A DNA stretch of 64,000 nucleotides from Chrysomallon squamiferum (lineage: Eukaryota; Animalia; Mollusca). The DNA lies in the NCBI GenBank assembly GCA_012295275.1, contig CM022666.1, forward strand, positions 5,022,001-5,086,000, given 5' to 3'. Below, piece by piece: positions 29,019-43,623 of this stretch (position 1 is the stretch's first letter; each line of letters begins with the position of its first letter). The translations under genes were made by a program, and so were the position numbers. Under the pieces are notes generated by a model that was not told where the DNA came from, made no database searches, and saw nothing but the letters and a program-made list of their open reading frames with translations.

Positions 29019-29823
29019 AACACACACATACATACATATATGTCTGCTTTGTTTGAATCTATTTTTATTTTTTATTTTTTTTGTTATATTAATTTATTTG
29101 CTCTAGGGTTCGTAGTTAAAGCATAGTCATTTAACATACTATGAATAAAATGAGCAACGTTATTTTTTGTGTTTTGTTCATAAATAAACTGCATATTATA
29201 GTTGTTAATAGTTGCTGTTGTTGTTGTAGTTGTTGTTTTTGTTGCTGTTGCTACGATTGTTTTTGTTAAATAAAAAGTACAGCGTAACTTCTAGTCCTGA
29301 GTCAACTAAGCCATAAACAACAAAAGGAGAACATGTAGTCTGTGTATCACACAGTGGAAAGTTCCAGCCCGGATTTGTCATCTTACACGTAATCAGAATA
29401 AATAAGTGTAGTGATCAATTATTATTACACAGCCAGGAATATATTATTGTTGTTTTTATTTTTCTTGCTACGATTGTTTTTGTTAAATAAAGAGTACCGC
29501 GTAATTTCTATTCCTGTGTCAACTAAATCATAAACAACAAAAAGAAAACATGTAGTCTGTGTATCACACAGTGGAAAGTTCCAGCCCGGATTTCCTACTT
29601 CACACGTAATCGGAATAAATAAGAGTAGTCATCCATTTGTTATTACACAGCCATGTATATGAAGTCTCAGAAATATCTCCCTGTGACGGAAGAATCTTCC
29701 GCTTGTAAAAGTCGATTCAGCAATTTCCGGATTAAAATTCACCTCGGGAGTGGTAGGGGTTACGGGCTTTTGTTTCGCAGAATGATATGGCGACATGATG
29801 TACTCCTCCCATTTGTCGCATTT

Positions 29824-30388
29824 TTATCCCAATCTTAAAAGATGTCCAACGACATCCAATAGATCTTGAGTCTTCCTCAAAATGGCCTGTGTGAAGTGAA
29901 AAAAGCATCCTTTCACCCCAGCTTGTGGAAATTCAGTCTCAGCTGCGCGGTTTGCAGCCAGTTCAAAGTCTTTGTCCATGCTTCTTGTATGTTGACAGCG
30001 GATCTAGTCTGTGCTGGGGCAGGTATCAGAACTCGTCGCTGTCTGTACAATGCACTGCTCATGCTGGGAGAGGAAGGCAAATGAGGAAGAGTTTCTGATT
30101 GTTGCTCTGCAACCTCATCATTGTGTACTTGCTGCGTTTCTGCTGTTTCTTCTCTTGCTCGCTTCCGCAGTATGCTAATAAACTAAGCAACATTAGGATC
30201 ACTTGGAAGACGGTTGTCTTCTGGTATGTTCCGAATAAAATCGCAGACATTGGTGCACATTTTTGTCACGCATCTCCAGTGAACACGTTCCCCTCTGGTG
30301 CGATTCTTTGCATATAGAAATCCGTCCAATATTATATGGTGTACCTTATATGTGACTGAACAAATTTGACCCTTCTAAGATCAACCAT
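29824..30388 (-). mobile_element. Decayed, internally deleted MULE (Mutator-like) transposase with N-terminal FLYWCH-type zinc finger
   Basis: Manual minus-strand translation gives IILDGFLYAKNRTRGERVHWRCVTKMC (FLYWCH-like) and LRKRAREE..LPSSPSMSSALYRQRR..PAP. After a frameshift it reads DFELAANRAAETEFPQAGVKGCFFHFTQAILRKTQDL (MULE DFE..FP..GCxFH motif) and ends LDVVGHLLRLG*. One internal TAG. Confidence 0.8.
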
Positions 30389-31594
30389 GACTACAAAATT
30401 TAAATCTATTTTTCGTAGGTGTATGTAGTTAATGTATAAAAAAACTTTTATATGTTATGTCTGTGATCACCTATGGTTTAAATGTTTGATCATTGAAATA
30501 TAAGACATAGGTCGTCAGACAAAATAATCTTTGATATAAAACAATGTCTATCTGAAGTGAAATGAACTGAATACGGGTGTTGCAGTGAAGAAGCCCATGA
30601 GCTAAACTCTAAAACATGGACTTCATAAAACACAGTATCTTGACATTTGTTAAATCCGTTTAGCAGACTACAGTTAAGATCTCCTTGTTGCTTGTGTAGA
30701 ATTGGTAGATATAATATATAAAAACAACAAAAAGGCGGTAGCTTCCTGAACAAATTGGAACTGTACCACTAAAGCAGGCAGGGGGTACAGGGTATATCAC
30801 ATGACCCAATAAAGAGTTTTGTCTATCAAAATGGCATGTTTGTCTCTTGAGAAGGGGAACCGCGAGGAGGATCAAGCGATAAGATCCAGAACACGCTGAC
30901 AAATAACGCAAGTCCCTTTGCTTTTCCACAAAAGAAAAGAAATTATATTAAAATGTTTTATTTATTTATTGTTAGCGAACAACTGTGGAACAATTCCAGG
31001 GTAACGGTCGCTGTCCACTGAACGCACTGTGTAACTAGATATGTAGATGTTTTCTCTTCTGTATTAATCCTTACGTGATTGTTGTGACCGATTACAATCA
31101 TTCTATCCATCTGTATTATTCTTTATTGCTTTACTGAATGTTCAGACTTCTCAAGTTCGCCAGTTTTGACAAAAATCTATTGGTCTGCATTCTAAAGACC
31201 ATACATCAAAGAATACAGCTCACCATCCTTGTTGAAATGGGTATTATTAAAAAGACACTTTGACAACGATTCTTGAAATAGTAGTGGTAATTAAACATGA
31301 ATTTTATGCGTTTTATGCATGTACGCTTTCACACACACAAATACATATTAACATGAAATAACTGAATATTTCAGGATTTACATGTAAAGACTGGTTTCAC
31401 AAATTGACCAGAAATATATATAAATATGTGATGCGTGTATTAAGTAAGAATATTGTTAGGATTTGTAAATATTGTTGCATTTTCTTATAGTTTTACTTTT
31501 TTAGATGAAGTTTGTCGTGTTTTCCTCACTGAATACAGAACACAATGGATTTTTGTTGCCACAATTTTTTCTTATTAAATTATACATGTGTTCA

Positions 31595-32023
31595 TAACGG
31601 AATACATGCTCAGAACGATGCAAAGACAATCAAAAACTGTCACATGAAACCCATGACGAGAGGTTCTGTAATGGATGCTCAAAGAAGTGGTCGCCCCTCC
31701 AATTCCAGTGATCCGCAGATGGTGAAAACACCATCTTTGCACTTGAATAACAGATTTCCAAACTTCGATGCTACCTGGGCCCGTTCTTTTAGAGTCAACT
31801 TTCTTTGCATCTTAATAGGGTTTTTGAATTTTAAACAAAATAATTAATCTGAAAAGAAATACAGTAATACTTTTAAACAAAATAATCATCTGAAAATAAA
31901 ATAACACTCTAGATTTAATTTTCATATATTAAACAACATACATGAAGGAACTGAGAAAAAAGTAACTGCAAATTAAACAATTATGAACTGTTTAAAATAG
32001 GGAATGACTGTTCAATCACCCTG
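31595..32023 (+). mobile_element. Tc1/mariner transposon fragment
   Basis: Peptide KTIKNCHMKPMTRGSVMDAQRSGRP fits the GSVxDxxRSGRP linker of mariner-type transposase HTH regions. The right end CACCCTG is the typical CAGGGTG terminus. It interrupts a module that is continuous at ~25550-25590. Confidence 0.6.
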
Positions 32024-32210
32024 CATATTACTTGTGAGAGCATTTCTTTGATGTTTGTCAGGCTTTGAATCCTAATGTTATTGTTGTTGTTGTTATTATT
32101 ATTTTTGTTGTTGTTATTATTATTATTATTATTAATTTATTTGTTTATTTATTGGCATTGTTGTTGTTGTTGCTGCTATTTATTCAGTTAATTAATGTAT
32201 GTATTTTATT

Positions 32211-32410
32211 NNNNNNNNNNNNNNNNNNNNNNNNNNNNNNNNNNNNNNNNNNNNNNNNNNNNNNNNNNNNNNNNNNNNNNNNNNNNNNNNNNNNNNNNNN
32301 NNNNNNNNNNNNNNNNNNNNNNNNNNNNNNNNNNNNNNNNNNNNNNNNNNNNNNNNNNNNNNNNNNNNNNNNNNNNNNNNNNNNNNNNNNNNNNNNNNNN
32401 NNNNNNNNNN
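32211..32410. other. Assembly gap (200 N)
   Basis: Run of N. Confidence 1.
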
Positions 32411-32822
32411 ACAGCTGTTTATAAACACTGCACGGGTACATTTAAGTATGTGATATGAACAGGGTTATATAACAGCAATATTTAACTTACTGTCTATAAA
32501 GTACACAAATTATCCTTCATAAAATAAAAATTAAATCATGTCACTGACTGGTGTATAAGTGAAAAGTGAGTTGAAAAATATTTTCATTAATTTTACTTGT
32601 TATTTAAAAAAAGAAAAGAAGAAAAAGAAGAAAATGATCAATGCAGATCAAGACATTTGTACTACATTAATAAAGTTGTACTAGTAGCAGCAGCAGAACT
32701 AATATAAATAGTAGGAGTAGTAGAAAGAATAATACTAGTACTCAGTCTGTCTCTCTCTCTTTCTCTCTCTCTGTCTATCTGTTTGTCGGTCTGTTTCTCT
32801 CTCTGTCTCTGACTCTCTCTCA

Positions 32823-32907
<85 letters not shown>

Positions 32908-32915
32908 GTAGTCAC

Positions 32916-33232
32916 CTTTTATAAAACTTGGGCCACACTGGATTAAGCTGACATCCAGTCGCTGAGATGACGTACTCCCGCTGCTGTTTGCTACCCTCTA
33001 CGTTGCAGTTGATGTCCATGCCGAGGTTGACCACGTAGGTGCAGTAAGTCTCACTGTGTACAATCTGCAGTGTTGTCAGCTGCTGCTGGTGTAGTTGCAG
33101 TGCACGTTCATGACGTTCTAAATACGCTACCATCCAGCTCTGGTACAAAGGAAGTTCCACTGTGTTTATTTGTTCTGCATGAGAAACAAGTCGACTGTTG
33201 ATCATTTCAGCTTGGAGGTCTATGAATCCGTT
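32916..33232 (-). CDS. Internal coding exon (317 nt, ~105 aa) of an unidentified protein; isolated, possibly pseudogenic
   Basis: Acceptor ATTTCAG at 33233, stop-free frame NGFIDLQAEMINSRLVSHAEQINTVELPLYQSW...LNPVWPKFYK, and donor-like AAG|GTGACT at 32916/32915. Visibly GC-richer than the flanks. Family not recognised. Confidence 0.6.
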
Positions 33233-34967
33233 CTGAAATTTAAAAATATATATATATTCAGATACACTCTATATTATACATCACAGTATGTCAGTTTTAT
33301 AATATCATACTCATGGTATTTGCTAAGCTGAATCTTTAATATTACATCCTTTGATTTGTAAGTTACAGGATACATAGTGTATTGTAACGATCTTTAAGGT
33401 TACCGTACTGGAATAATACTGTATCACTTAGTATATAAATTACATGATATGTACTATACTCTATTAATAAATAAATACCGTAAAATAAATGAAAAGAGAT
33501 AAAAAGTAAAGTGAAAGAAATAAATTAATTAACAGAAAAAATAATAAAATGAAATGAAAAAAAAGACAAATACAGTAAAATAAACAAATAAAAATAAACA
33601 AACAAATAAACAAATAAACATATAAATAAATAAATAAATAAAGTTTATAGCAGATGTTCGTTCAATTCATCGATAAATTATAAATATATAATAAAAAAAA
33701 AAATATCCCGTTTTAACGATCTTTTCTTTTTTACTAATTATATAAATAAAAATTTAATAGCAAACAGATATTTATCAACATTGCTCGGATCATGATATAT
33801 CTGTGTGTGTGTATGTGTGTGTGTGTGTGTATGTATTGCACGCATGTAGGTATATCTATATAAGAATTGATATGTACATTGTTACATAACAGCAATATTT
33901 AACATACTGTCTATAAAGTATACAAATTTTGCTTTACGAAATAAAAATTTAAATGATGTCACTGACTGGTGTAGAACTGAAAAGTGAGTTGAAAAATGCT
34001 CTTATTAATTTTACTTGTTATTAAAAATAAAAGAAAAAAAGAAAAAAAAGAAAACAAAAGAAAGCAAGAATAAGACAAATTCAGAAAAGATATTTGTATT
34101 TCTTTTAAAGTAAATATCCAAGTAACAAAAATTATGAACAGGTGACCAGAGGTATCACTGTAGTCTTTATTTAACAACAATGACACAGCAGATAATAATA
34201 AATTTGATCATTATGATGATGATGATAATAAATTTAATAATAATAGTACCAGCAATAGTAACACTAATATAAATAGTAGTAAGAATAATACTACTAATGA
34301 TGATTATATATTAATAATAGTAGCAGTAGTAATAATGATGAAGATCATAGTGATAATAAAGTTAGTGATGATTATGATGGTGATAATAAAATTAATAATG
34401 ATGATGATGATGATGCAGATAATAAAATTAATAATCCTAATATTTATGATAATGAAATGCTTCTAAAATTCTTATTGTGATAAAACGAAAGAAATTTGAC
34501 ATGACATTTTAATTGTTACATACATACAAACTTTTATTACTGTGATAATTTCACTGCCTGAGAGCATACTGTATGAAGAACACGTAACTTGTATTATTCG
34601 TTATAAATCAATCAGTGAACATTTAACTTTCATCAGTCAATTTACATAGAAAAATGCGAGTTGTTACTTCTCGGAAACCTTAATCTCAAGAAACACACAC
34701 ACACACACATATACACGCATGCACGCACCCACACACACACACACACATTTTTTAAAGAGTGCTTTGTGTTGCAAATGGCATTCCTGATCTAATTACACCT
34801 TTGTTAATCAACCGACCTAGCATTTCGTAACAATTGACTCACATCTATTTATAGCTTTGTTGGAAAGAGAGTATTTATTATTAATTCTCGGAAAACGTTA
34901 ACGTGACAAAAATAAGCCAACAGCATAATTTAAATATGATGTTATTTGAAATACTGGCAACTGTCCA

Positions 34968-35003
<36 letters not shown>

Positions 35004-35007
35004 CTGT

Positions 35008-35052
<45 letters not shown>

Positions 35053-38000
35053 CCGAGTACAGTAAACATTATTTAACAAAATTAATTGAAAAAATATTAT
35101 CTCTGTACATAATAAATATTAAATAAATATAATCTCCATATAAATAAAATAAATACATTAATTAATTGAATAAATAGCAACAACAACAACAATACCAATA
35201 AATAAACAAATAAATTATTAATAATAATAATAATAACAAAAACAACAATAGTAGGATTCAAAGCTTGACAAACATCAAAGAAATCCCCTTACAAGTAATA
35301 TTTATTGAACAAAAGTATGAACACATGAATAATCTAATAAGAAAAAACTGTGGCAACAAAAATCCATTGTGTTCTGTATTCAGTGAGGAAACACATCAAA
35401 CACAAAAAAAGTAAAACTATAAGAAAATGTAACAATATTTACAAATCCTAACAATATTCTTACATAATACACGCATCACATATTTATATATATTTCTGGT
35501 CAGTTTGTGAAACCAGTCTTTACATGTAAATCCTGAAATATTCAGTTATTTCATGTTAATATGTATTTGTGTGTGTGAAAGCGTACATGCATAAAACCCA
35601 TAAAATTCATGTTTAATTACCATTACTATTTCAAGAATCCTTGTCAAAGTGCTTTTTTTATTAATACTCATTTCAACAAGAATGGTGAGCTACATTCTTT
35701 GATGTATGGTCATAAGAATGCAGAGCGTTACATTTTGTCAAAATGGGCGAACTTGAGAAGTCTGAACATTCAGTAAAGCAATAAAGAATAATATAGATGG
35801 ATAGAATGATTGTAATCGGTCACAACAATCACGTAAGGATTAATACAGAAGAGCAAACATCTACATATCTAGTTACACAGTCCGTTCAGTGGACAGCGAA
35901 CGTTACCCTGGATTTGTTCCAGGATGACTACATTAATTTATCCCTATTATGTGTAAGATGACAAATCCTGGCTGTAAAATTTTACCACGTGATACTCAGA
36001 CTATATCATTTCCTTTTGTTGTTATTTTGTGTCGCTTACTTAACACAGGAATAGAAGTCAGCAATACTCTTTATTTAACAATAATGACAAAAGCAATCGT
36101 AATAATAATAACAACAACTACTACTATTACTACTACTACTACTACTACTATTAAAAAACACAAAAAATATAAATATAATAACTGCTCATTTTCTTCATAG
36201 TATGTTAAATGACTACACATTAACTACGAAACCCACAGCAAATAAATAAATATAACAGAAAGAAAAAAAAAAGAAATTCAAACAAAGCAGATGTCATCAT
36301 AAGAATATGATACTTTCTGTTCAAAGGCCTCTGTATAAAAATCATTCGAGAATGCCCTGGAAGTCATCCACTGCCAATCCCATCGAAAAACATATAAACA
36401 CAAGTTGTCAAAAACGTGACTTTTGTAATATCTATAATGTCATTTTATACACAGGTACATACTATTATGTCAGTTCAGTACTTTGCAGTTAATTGTTGAT
36501 GTAATCAGTCCAATGGTGAGCCGGAAAAAACAAACAAACAAGAAAAAAACCCCAAGAAATTCAAAACAAAACAACAATAAGAAAGTAACAACAACAAGAA
36601 GAAAGAAAGAACAACAAACAAAAAAATACAAATAAGTCACACATACACACGCACACAGTGATGTATTTTAAGAATATTGCTTTGTTCAGTTTGCCCAGAG
36701 TTGTTTTTATGATAGAAACTAGACTACGTCAAGTACATGTGATGTACGTGCATGAACAGAAACAAAGAAAGGAAAACATAACAGCTGACTATTAACCAGG
36801 TAGTTTGTTATTTTTTATTTAATCACTCTTCAACAGTCTAACTCTAAATAAATTATAAACAATTTAATCAAGAACATATACATGATCTAATTTCAAATGT
36901 CCTAATACACTTCAGCTATGCACTACAGTATATATCTACACAAGATCGAAGGAACACAGTTGTTCAGCATATTTCTATGGCCTAGAGATAATAGTAATCA
37001 GGACAGTGAAGTTGGTACTGTGTGAGATATCAATTTCACGTCACGTGTACATTTTACAGCCTGCGACGTCTTTGTAGGCAGGACTCAGAGTGAATATGTT
37101 TACCGTGAATTTTGAATCAGCTGAGTCACTTAGCAAACAGCTATTTATAAACATTACTCGGTAGATCTATTTTTAAAGATAATGCACCCGGCATTCTAAA
37201 AGATTTCCGGTGAGGTACAGTTATTTGTCGTCGGTGTCAAGGACGACTGCTTAACTATTAAAACGCAAACATGATACATGTGTGTGAATGTGCACGTCTG
37301 TAGGTGTATCTATATAAGTATGTGATATGTACATGGTTAAAACAACAATAAAAAACAATAATAAACAAAAAAACAAACAATACAAATGTCAGATACTATT
37401 AGCCCCCCTCCACACACACACTCACATACGCACTCACACAGTAACACACACACACACACACACACACAGTAACACACACACACAGAGTAACACACCGTGA
37501 TCTATTTAAGAATTTTGTCCTGAATTGTTTTTATAATACAAACTACGCCAAGTACCTGTGATCTACAAGCAGGAACAGAAACATGGAAACACAAACGTAA
37601 CAACTGACTACTAAACACAGGTATTTTATCATTTTTGACCAGATATTTATAATTTTTTGTTTAATCACTAACCCTAAATAAATGAACAAAACGTTAATCA
37701 GAATATCTGTACTATCTGATTTCAAATGCCCTATGTAGTACAACAGGTCGGGAAGCTTATCGAGAGAGGATATCAGACAGCTGTGTAGTGTTTTGGAGGA
37801 CTGCTAAGTTAATGTAATAATTGGTGTCTGACCAAGCGTTGCGATATCTGAACAGTAATATCGTGAATGAAGCAGACAGAGAAATGAGATACATTTTTCA
37901 GCGACGTCATTGTACGCCGGGACTTTACAAACAGCTGTTACTAAAAACTGCACCGGTTGAACTACTTTAAATATGTGATATGAACATGGTTATATAACAG

Positions 38001-38841
38001 CAGTATTTAACATACTGTCTATAAAGTATACAAATTACCCTTCATAAAATAAAAATTAAATCATGTCACTGACTAGTGTATAAGTGAAAAGTGAGTTGAA
38101 AAATGATCTCATTAATTTTACGTGATATTTAAAAAAGAAAAGACAATGATAAATGCAGAACAAGACATTTGTATTACATTTAAAGCAAATATCCAAGCAA
38201 TAAAAATTATGAACACGTGACCATAGGTATCGCTGTAGTCTTTATTTAACAACAACGACAGCAGCAAACAAAACTAATGATTATGATGATGATGATGATA
38301 AATTTAATAGTAGTAGTAGCGGTAGCACTAATATAAATAGTAGGAGTAGTAGAAAGAATAATACCAGTAATCATGATTATATAGTAATAATATAGCAATA
38401 GTTATAATGATGAAGATGATAGTGGTAGTAAATTTAATGATAACTATCATATTTTATCATATTTTTTCATAATACGGTTAATAATGATTATGATGACGAT
38501 GATGGTAGTAATAATAAAATTAATAATCATAATATTTACGATTCTGAAATGCTCCTAAAAAGAAAAGTCTTATTGTGATAAAACAAAAAATGCCTTAAAT
38601 AGATTGTTTATTTTGCAGATTTTAAATGAATGTTTAAATGTAAAGCTAATATAAACATTTATTACTCTGGTAATTTCAATGCATGAGTACATACTGTATA
38701 AAGAAAAACCTTTTCAACTGGATCATCCACTTAACTTGTATTATTCATTGTAAACTAATCAGTGAACTTTTAACTTTCATCAGTTAATTTATATAGAAAA
38801 TCAGTAATATTTAAATATTTATTCACTGAATACAGCACACA

Positions 38842-38937
<96 letters not shown>

Positions 38938-40714
38938 AACACACGCACACACAAACACGCTCACACACATTCGGTTTGTCGTTCAGTTTGTCCTGAGTTG
39001 TTTTATGATTGAAACTAGACTACCTCAAGTACATGCGATGTACGTGCATGAACAGAAACAAAGAAATAAAAGCGTATATTAACCATGTATTATATTATTT
39101 TGTACTTAATGACTTTTCAATCGTCTAAATGAATGATCGAAAATTGTGTCAGTTGTTCATCGTGTTTATATAGACTAGAGGTAGCAGTAACTGAGTCATT
39201 TAAACAAGTTGTGAACGTTCTGAAATAAGATATCGGGGCAATCGCAAGATAGGAATACATTTCCCAGCCTGCGATGTCATTGTAGGTCGTAAATACGAGG
39301 GCCGTGCATTTTGTATGACCTGCCCCGCTTAGCAAACAGCTATTTATCAACATTGCTCGGAACATGATATATGTGTGTGTGTGTGTGTCTATGTGTGTTT
39401 ATGTGTGTTTATGTGCACGCAAGTAGCTTTATCTATATAAGTATGTGATATGTACATTGTTATATAACAGGAATATCTAACATACTGTCTCTAAAGTATA
39501 CACATTTTGCTTTACAAAATAAAATTTAAATGATGTCACTGACTGCTGAATAAGTGAAAAGTGAGTTGAAAAATGCTCTTATTAATTTTACTTGATATTA
39601 AAAAAAAACGAAAAAAGAACAAAAAATGAAAACAAAAGAAAGCAAGAAAATCACAAATTCAGAACAAGACATTTGCATTTCTTTTAAAATAAATATCCAA
39701 GTAATAAAAATAATGAACACGTGACCAGAGATATCACTGTAGTCTTTATTTAACAACAATGTCAACATCAAACAATAATAATGATGATGATGATAAATTT
39801 AATAGCAGTAGTAGCAGCAGCAGCAGCACTAATATAAATAGTAGTAGTAGTAGTAAGAATAATACATAAATATTAATTATTTAGTAATACTAATAGTAGT
39901 AGCAGTAGTAGTAATTATGATGATGATAGTGATAATAAAATTATTAATAATAATATTTATGATTGTCAAATGCTTCCAAAAAATGCTTTAAACAGATTGT
40001 TTATTATGCAAATATTTCATGATATTTTAATTTTAACATCTATATAAACATTTATTACTCTGATAATTTCAATGCATGAGTACATACTGTATAAAGAAAA
40101 TCCTTTTTAACTGGAACATCCAGTTAACTTGTGTTATTCATTATAAACCAATCAATGAAAATTTAACTCTCAACAGTCATTTTATATAGAAACTCAATAT
40201 GTAAATAGTTATTCACTGAATACATACAATTGTATTTTACATAGGACATAGACTGAAGAACATCCACTGCAGAAGAGCGCCTATTGTACTTAGAATATCA
40301 ACTGTACTAGAGCATCCACTGTACAAGAGCATCCATTGTACACAGAACATCTATTGTACAAGAATATCCATTGTATAATGTGAGTAAAACCTAAAATAAT
40401 AGTAAATAAAACCTGAAGCAGAGTCCATGTTTTGTGAATGATAAGGACTGTGAAAATTATCAACGATGAGGTTGACATTGAATTTTTGAATGATGATGTT
40501 GACAGTAAAATTCTGAATAATCATGTTGACAGTGAAAATCTGAATGATGATGTAGGATGATGGCCATGACAACCTTTGTTCTTACTTATGAGAATGTAAA
40601 TTACGTCATTCTGTAACTTTTGTTTCATTTCCTGTTACATATCGATTAACAAAAAGAAATCAACTAGAAACGAAGTATTTAAAAATAAATAAATAAACTC
40701 ACAGATCACACTTA

Positions 40715-40870
40715 CCATATCGTTATGGAGACCCAGTCTTTTGAAACTTTGCTTGGTTAGCACAACGTCTGACACCTCTACACCTCTTTAGTTTTCTGTT
40801 TCAGTATATCATTGTCACCTTCATCATGAGCTGTCAAGATAATTCATAGTTTGTATTATAGAAATACTGG
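40715..40870 (-). pseudogene. Exon-like fragments (..VSDVVLTKQSFKRLGLHNDM|gtaagt) of probably the same second gene
   Basis: Consensus ATG|GTAAGT donor, with a paralogous copy at ~50248-50310. The upstream part is homologous to 60900-60985, which adjoins the exon matching positions 3-50. Contains stops. Confidence 0.35.
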
Positions 40871-41407
40871 ATGACTAATAGTGTATGTAAATAAACAACA
40901 ACAACAACAACAAAAATAACAACTATAACACTACAACTACTACTACTAATAATAATTAGTAATTACATTAATAATAATAACAATAATAATAATAATTTAT
41001 AATAATTATAATAATAATAATAATAAATAATAATAATAATAACAATAATAATAATAACAATAATAATAATAATAGTATTATTAGTAGTGGTAGTAGCAGT
41101 AGTTGGTTTTGTTGCAATAACAGTGGTAGTATCTGTAATAATAATTAAGTAGGAATAGTAGTAATAGTATTAGTACTCGTTTTAGTAATAACAGTACTTG
41201 CAGTAATAATGAGAATGATCAAATTACGTATTAAAATAACTGATATAAAAAGTAATTTAACAATATAACAAATAAAACCTAACTAATTTTATTTAAAAGT
41301 TAACCTGTTATTATTAGTAGTACTTTGTAAATATTGTTGTTGTTGTTGTTATTGTTATTATTATTATTGTTATTATTATGATTATTATTATGATTATTAT
41401 TATTATG

Positions 41408-41448
<41 letters not shown>

Positions 41449-42855
41449 AAACATTACTGAATTTCCCTTCACTCCACTTTGACGTTTTCGCTGTTTGGCA
41501 GCCTGGTTTACCTCCCCTTGACTTGACTGAGAGACAGGTAAGAACCAGTGATTGTGAAAGACAATATTTACTGTTACTAATATCCATGTCTATTTTTTAC
41601 TTCTTTTTTTTTTGTTGAAGAACTGAGAATTTTATTTTATTTTATTGAAATAAAACTAAATTCCTGATTTAACTAATAGATTAGGGAATCAAATCTTTGT
41701 ACACATACAAACATAATATTTCAGAGGATCGGACGTATTTGTGAATATAAAACAGTTGATATCAAATGAATATTTTCTGTGTGTCTGTGTGCAAACAATT
41801 GATGAGGGTGTGCCAATTGTGTTCCCAACCCCCACCGATCATTTCATGATATGACCTGAAGAAAATATCAGGCTTTAAATGTTGTTTTGTCTTGTTTTTC
41901 TTCAAAAATTATTCTTAACCTGACAAAACAGATGAGTTAAAGGATGAAAATAAAGTAAACAAAAAACAAAAAATAAAAATATAAATATATACATACACAC
42001 ACATAAATATACATATATATATACATATAAGAACATATATATATACATATTTCTTTTTTAAGAACTCAGATTTTTATTTTATTTTATTGCAATGAAAAGT
42101 CCTGTTATGACACAGCTAAATTCCAGTTATATCTTATAGATTATGGAAGCAAATCTCTATACACATATGTAAATAATATCTCAGAGAAACTGATGTCCTT
42201 GTGAATATAAAACAATTCATATCAAATAAAATTTAAATTTAAACAAATATAAGAACAAAATATTACATTTATTATTCTCCTTAAGGATATTAAACACAGT
42301 CAGATATAGACAAATATAATCTGAGTTCTCACATAAACACAACTAAGACAAATGGACTTAGAGTTTTAAAATTATATTTGATAATATTTCTATGATGACT
42401 GAATACAATCTTTCATTTTCTATTTTTCATCTTCTTTATTTTTCTTCTGTATCTTCTTTCTTTCTCTCTGTTTACATAGGCCATGTTTCTATTGTTTAAG
42501 GAGGAAGACACGCCTTAATCTTTTAACAACGTGAACACAGACAGGCTGTTTGTGCAGTTTCATTAGTGTCGTTTCTCTTACTTTACCCTGGTTATGACCC
42601 TGGTGAGAAAAGGCAGTGAATCACATAACGTGACACGAAAACATCACACGTTTGGTCTATCCATCAAACAAGAAGTACATTACTTATTTCTCTGTTCCTT
42701 TATTATTGATTTTACAAGATATTTTATGGGTATGATCAGGTGGTTACCTAGTTTTTAGAAGTCATTCTGATTGTATAACTTATATTTATCTTTTTGTGTC
42801 TATTCTTTTTTCATTCATTCATTTTGTTTTACTTTAATTTTTATCATTTATTTAA

Positions 42856-42889
<34 letters not shown>

Positions 42890-43055
42890 TCTTGTCTTAA
42901 ACTTTATGTATTTATTTAGTTATTTACTAATTATTATGTATTATGTATAGCCTAGTGGAAAGCTGAGTTCTGGAAGAATGGATTTTTCTAATTATTTCAT
43001 AGAAACCTCAATGTAAAGAAACACACACACGCACACACACACACACACACACTCA

Positions 43056-43088
<33 letters not shown>

Positions 43089-43588
43089 TTTAAAGTCTTA
43101 TGAATGGGTGCTCTGTGTATGCAAATGACGCTCGTGACCTAGTAACTGCTTTCTCAATTAACCGACCTAAAAAATAATAAGAATATAAATAAAAAATTCG
43201 TATCGATGTTCATATTCATTTTCAACAACAATCACAACAACAGATTTATTTATTTATGACAACAATAATGCATTCATACTTTCTAAATTCGTCTAACAGT
43301 AATACGGTTAACAACTTCAACTAGTGAACTAGAGACTTCTGAAAAGATCGAATCATATTCTCTACGAGCTCGCGCACAACTTCTATTCCTGTGTGACCTG
43401 AGTCATAAATAACAAAATCCAGTCAGTCCGGATTTGTTATCTTACACGTAATCGGAATAAATAAGTATAGTGATCAGTTATTATTACAGGGCCAGGTATA
43501 TGAATTCTCAGAAATATCTACCTGTGACAGAAGAATCTTCTGTTTGTAAATGTCGCTTGTATCATGACTGTTGATTCAATCTGCCGAA

Positions 43589-43623
<35 letters not shown>

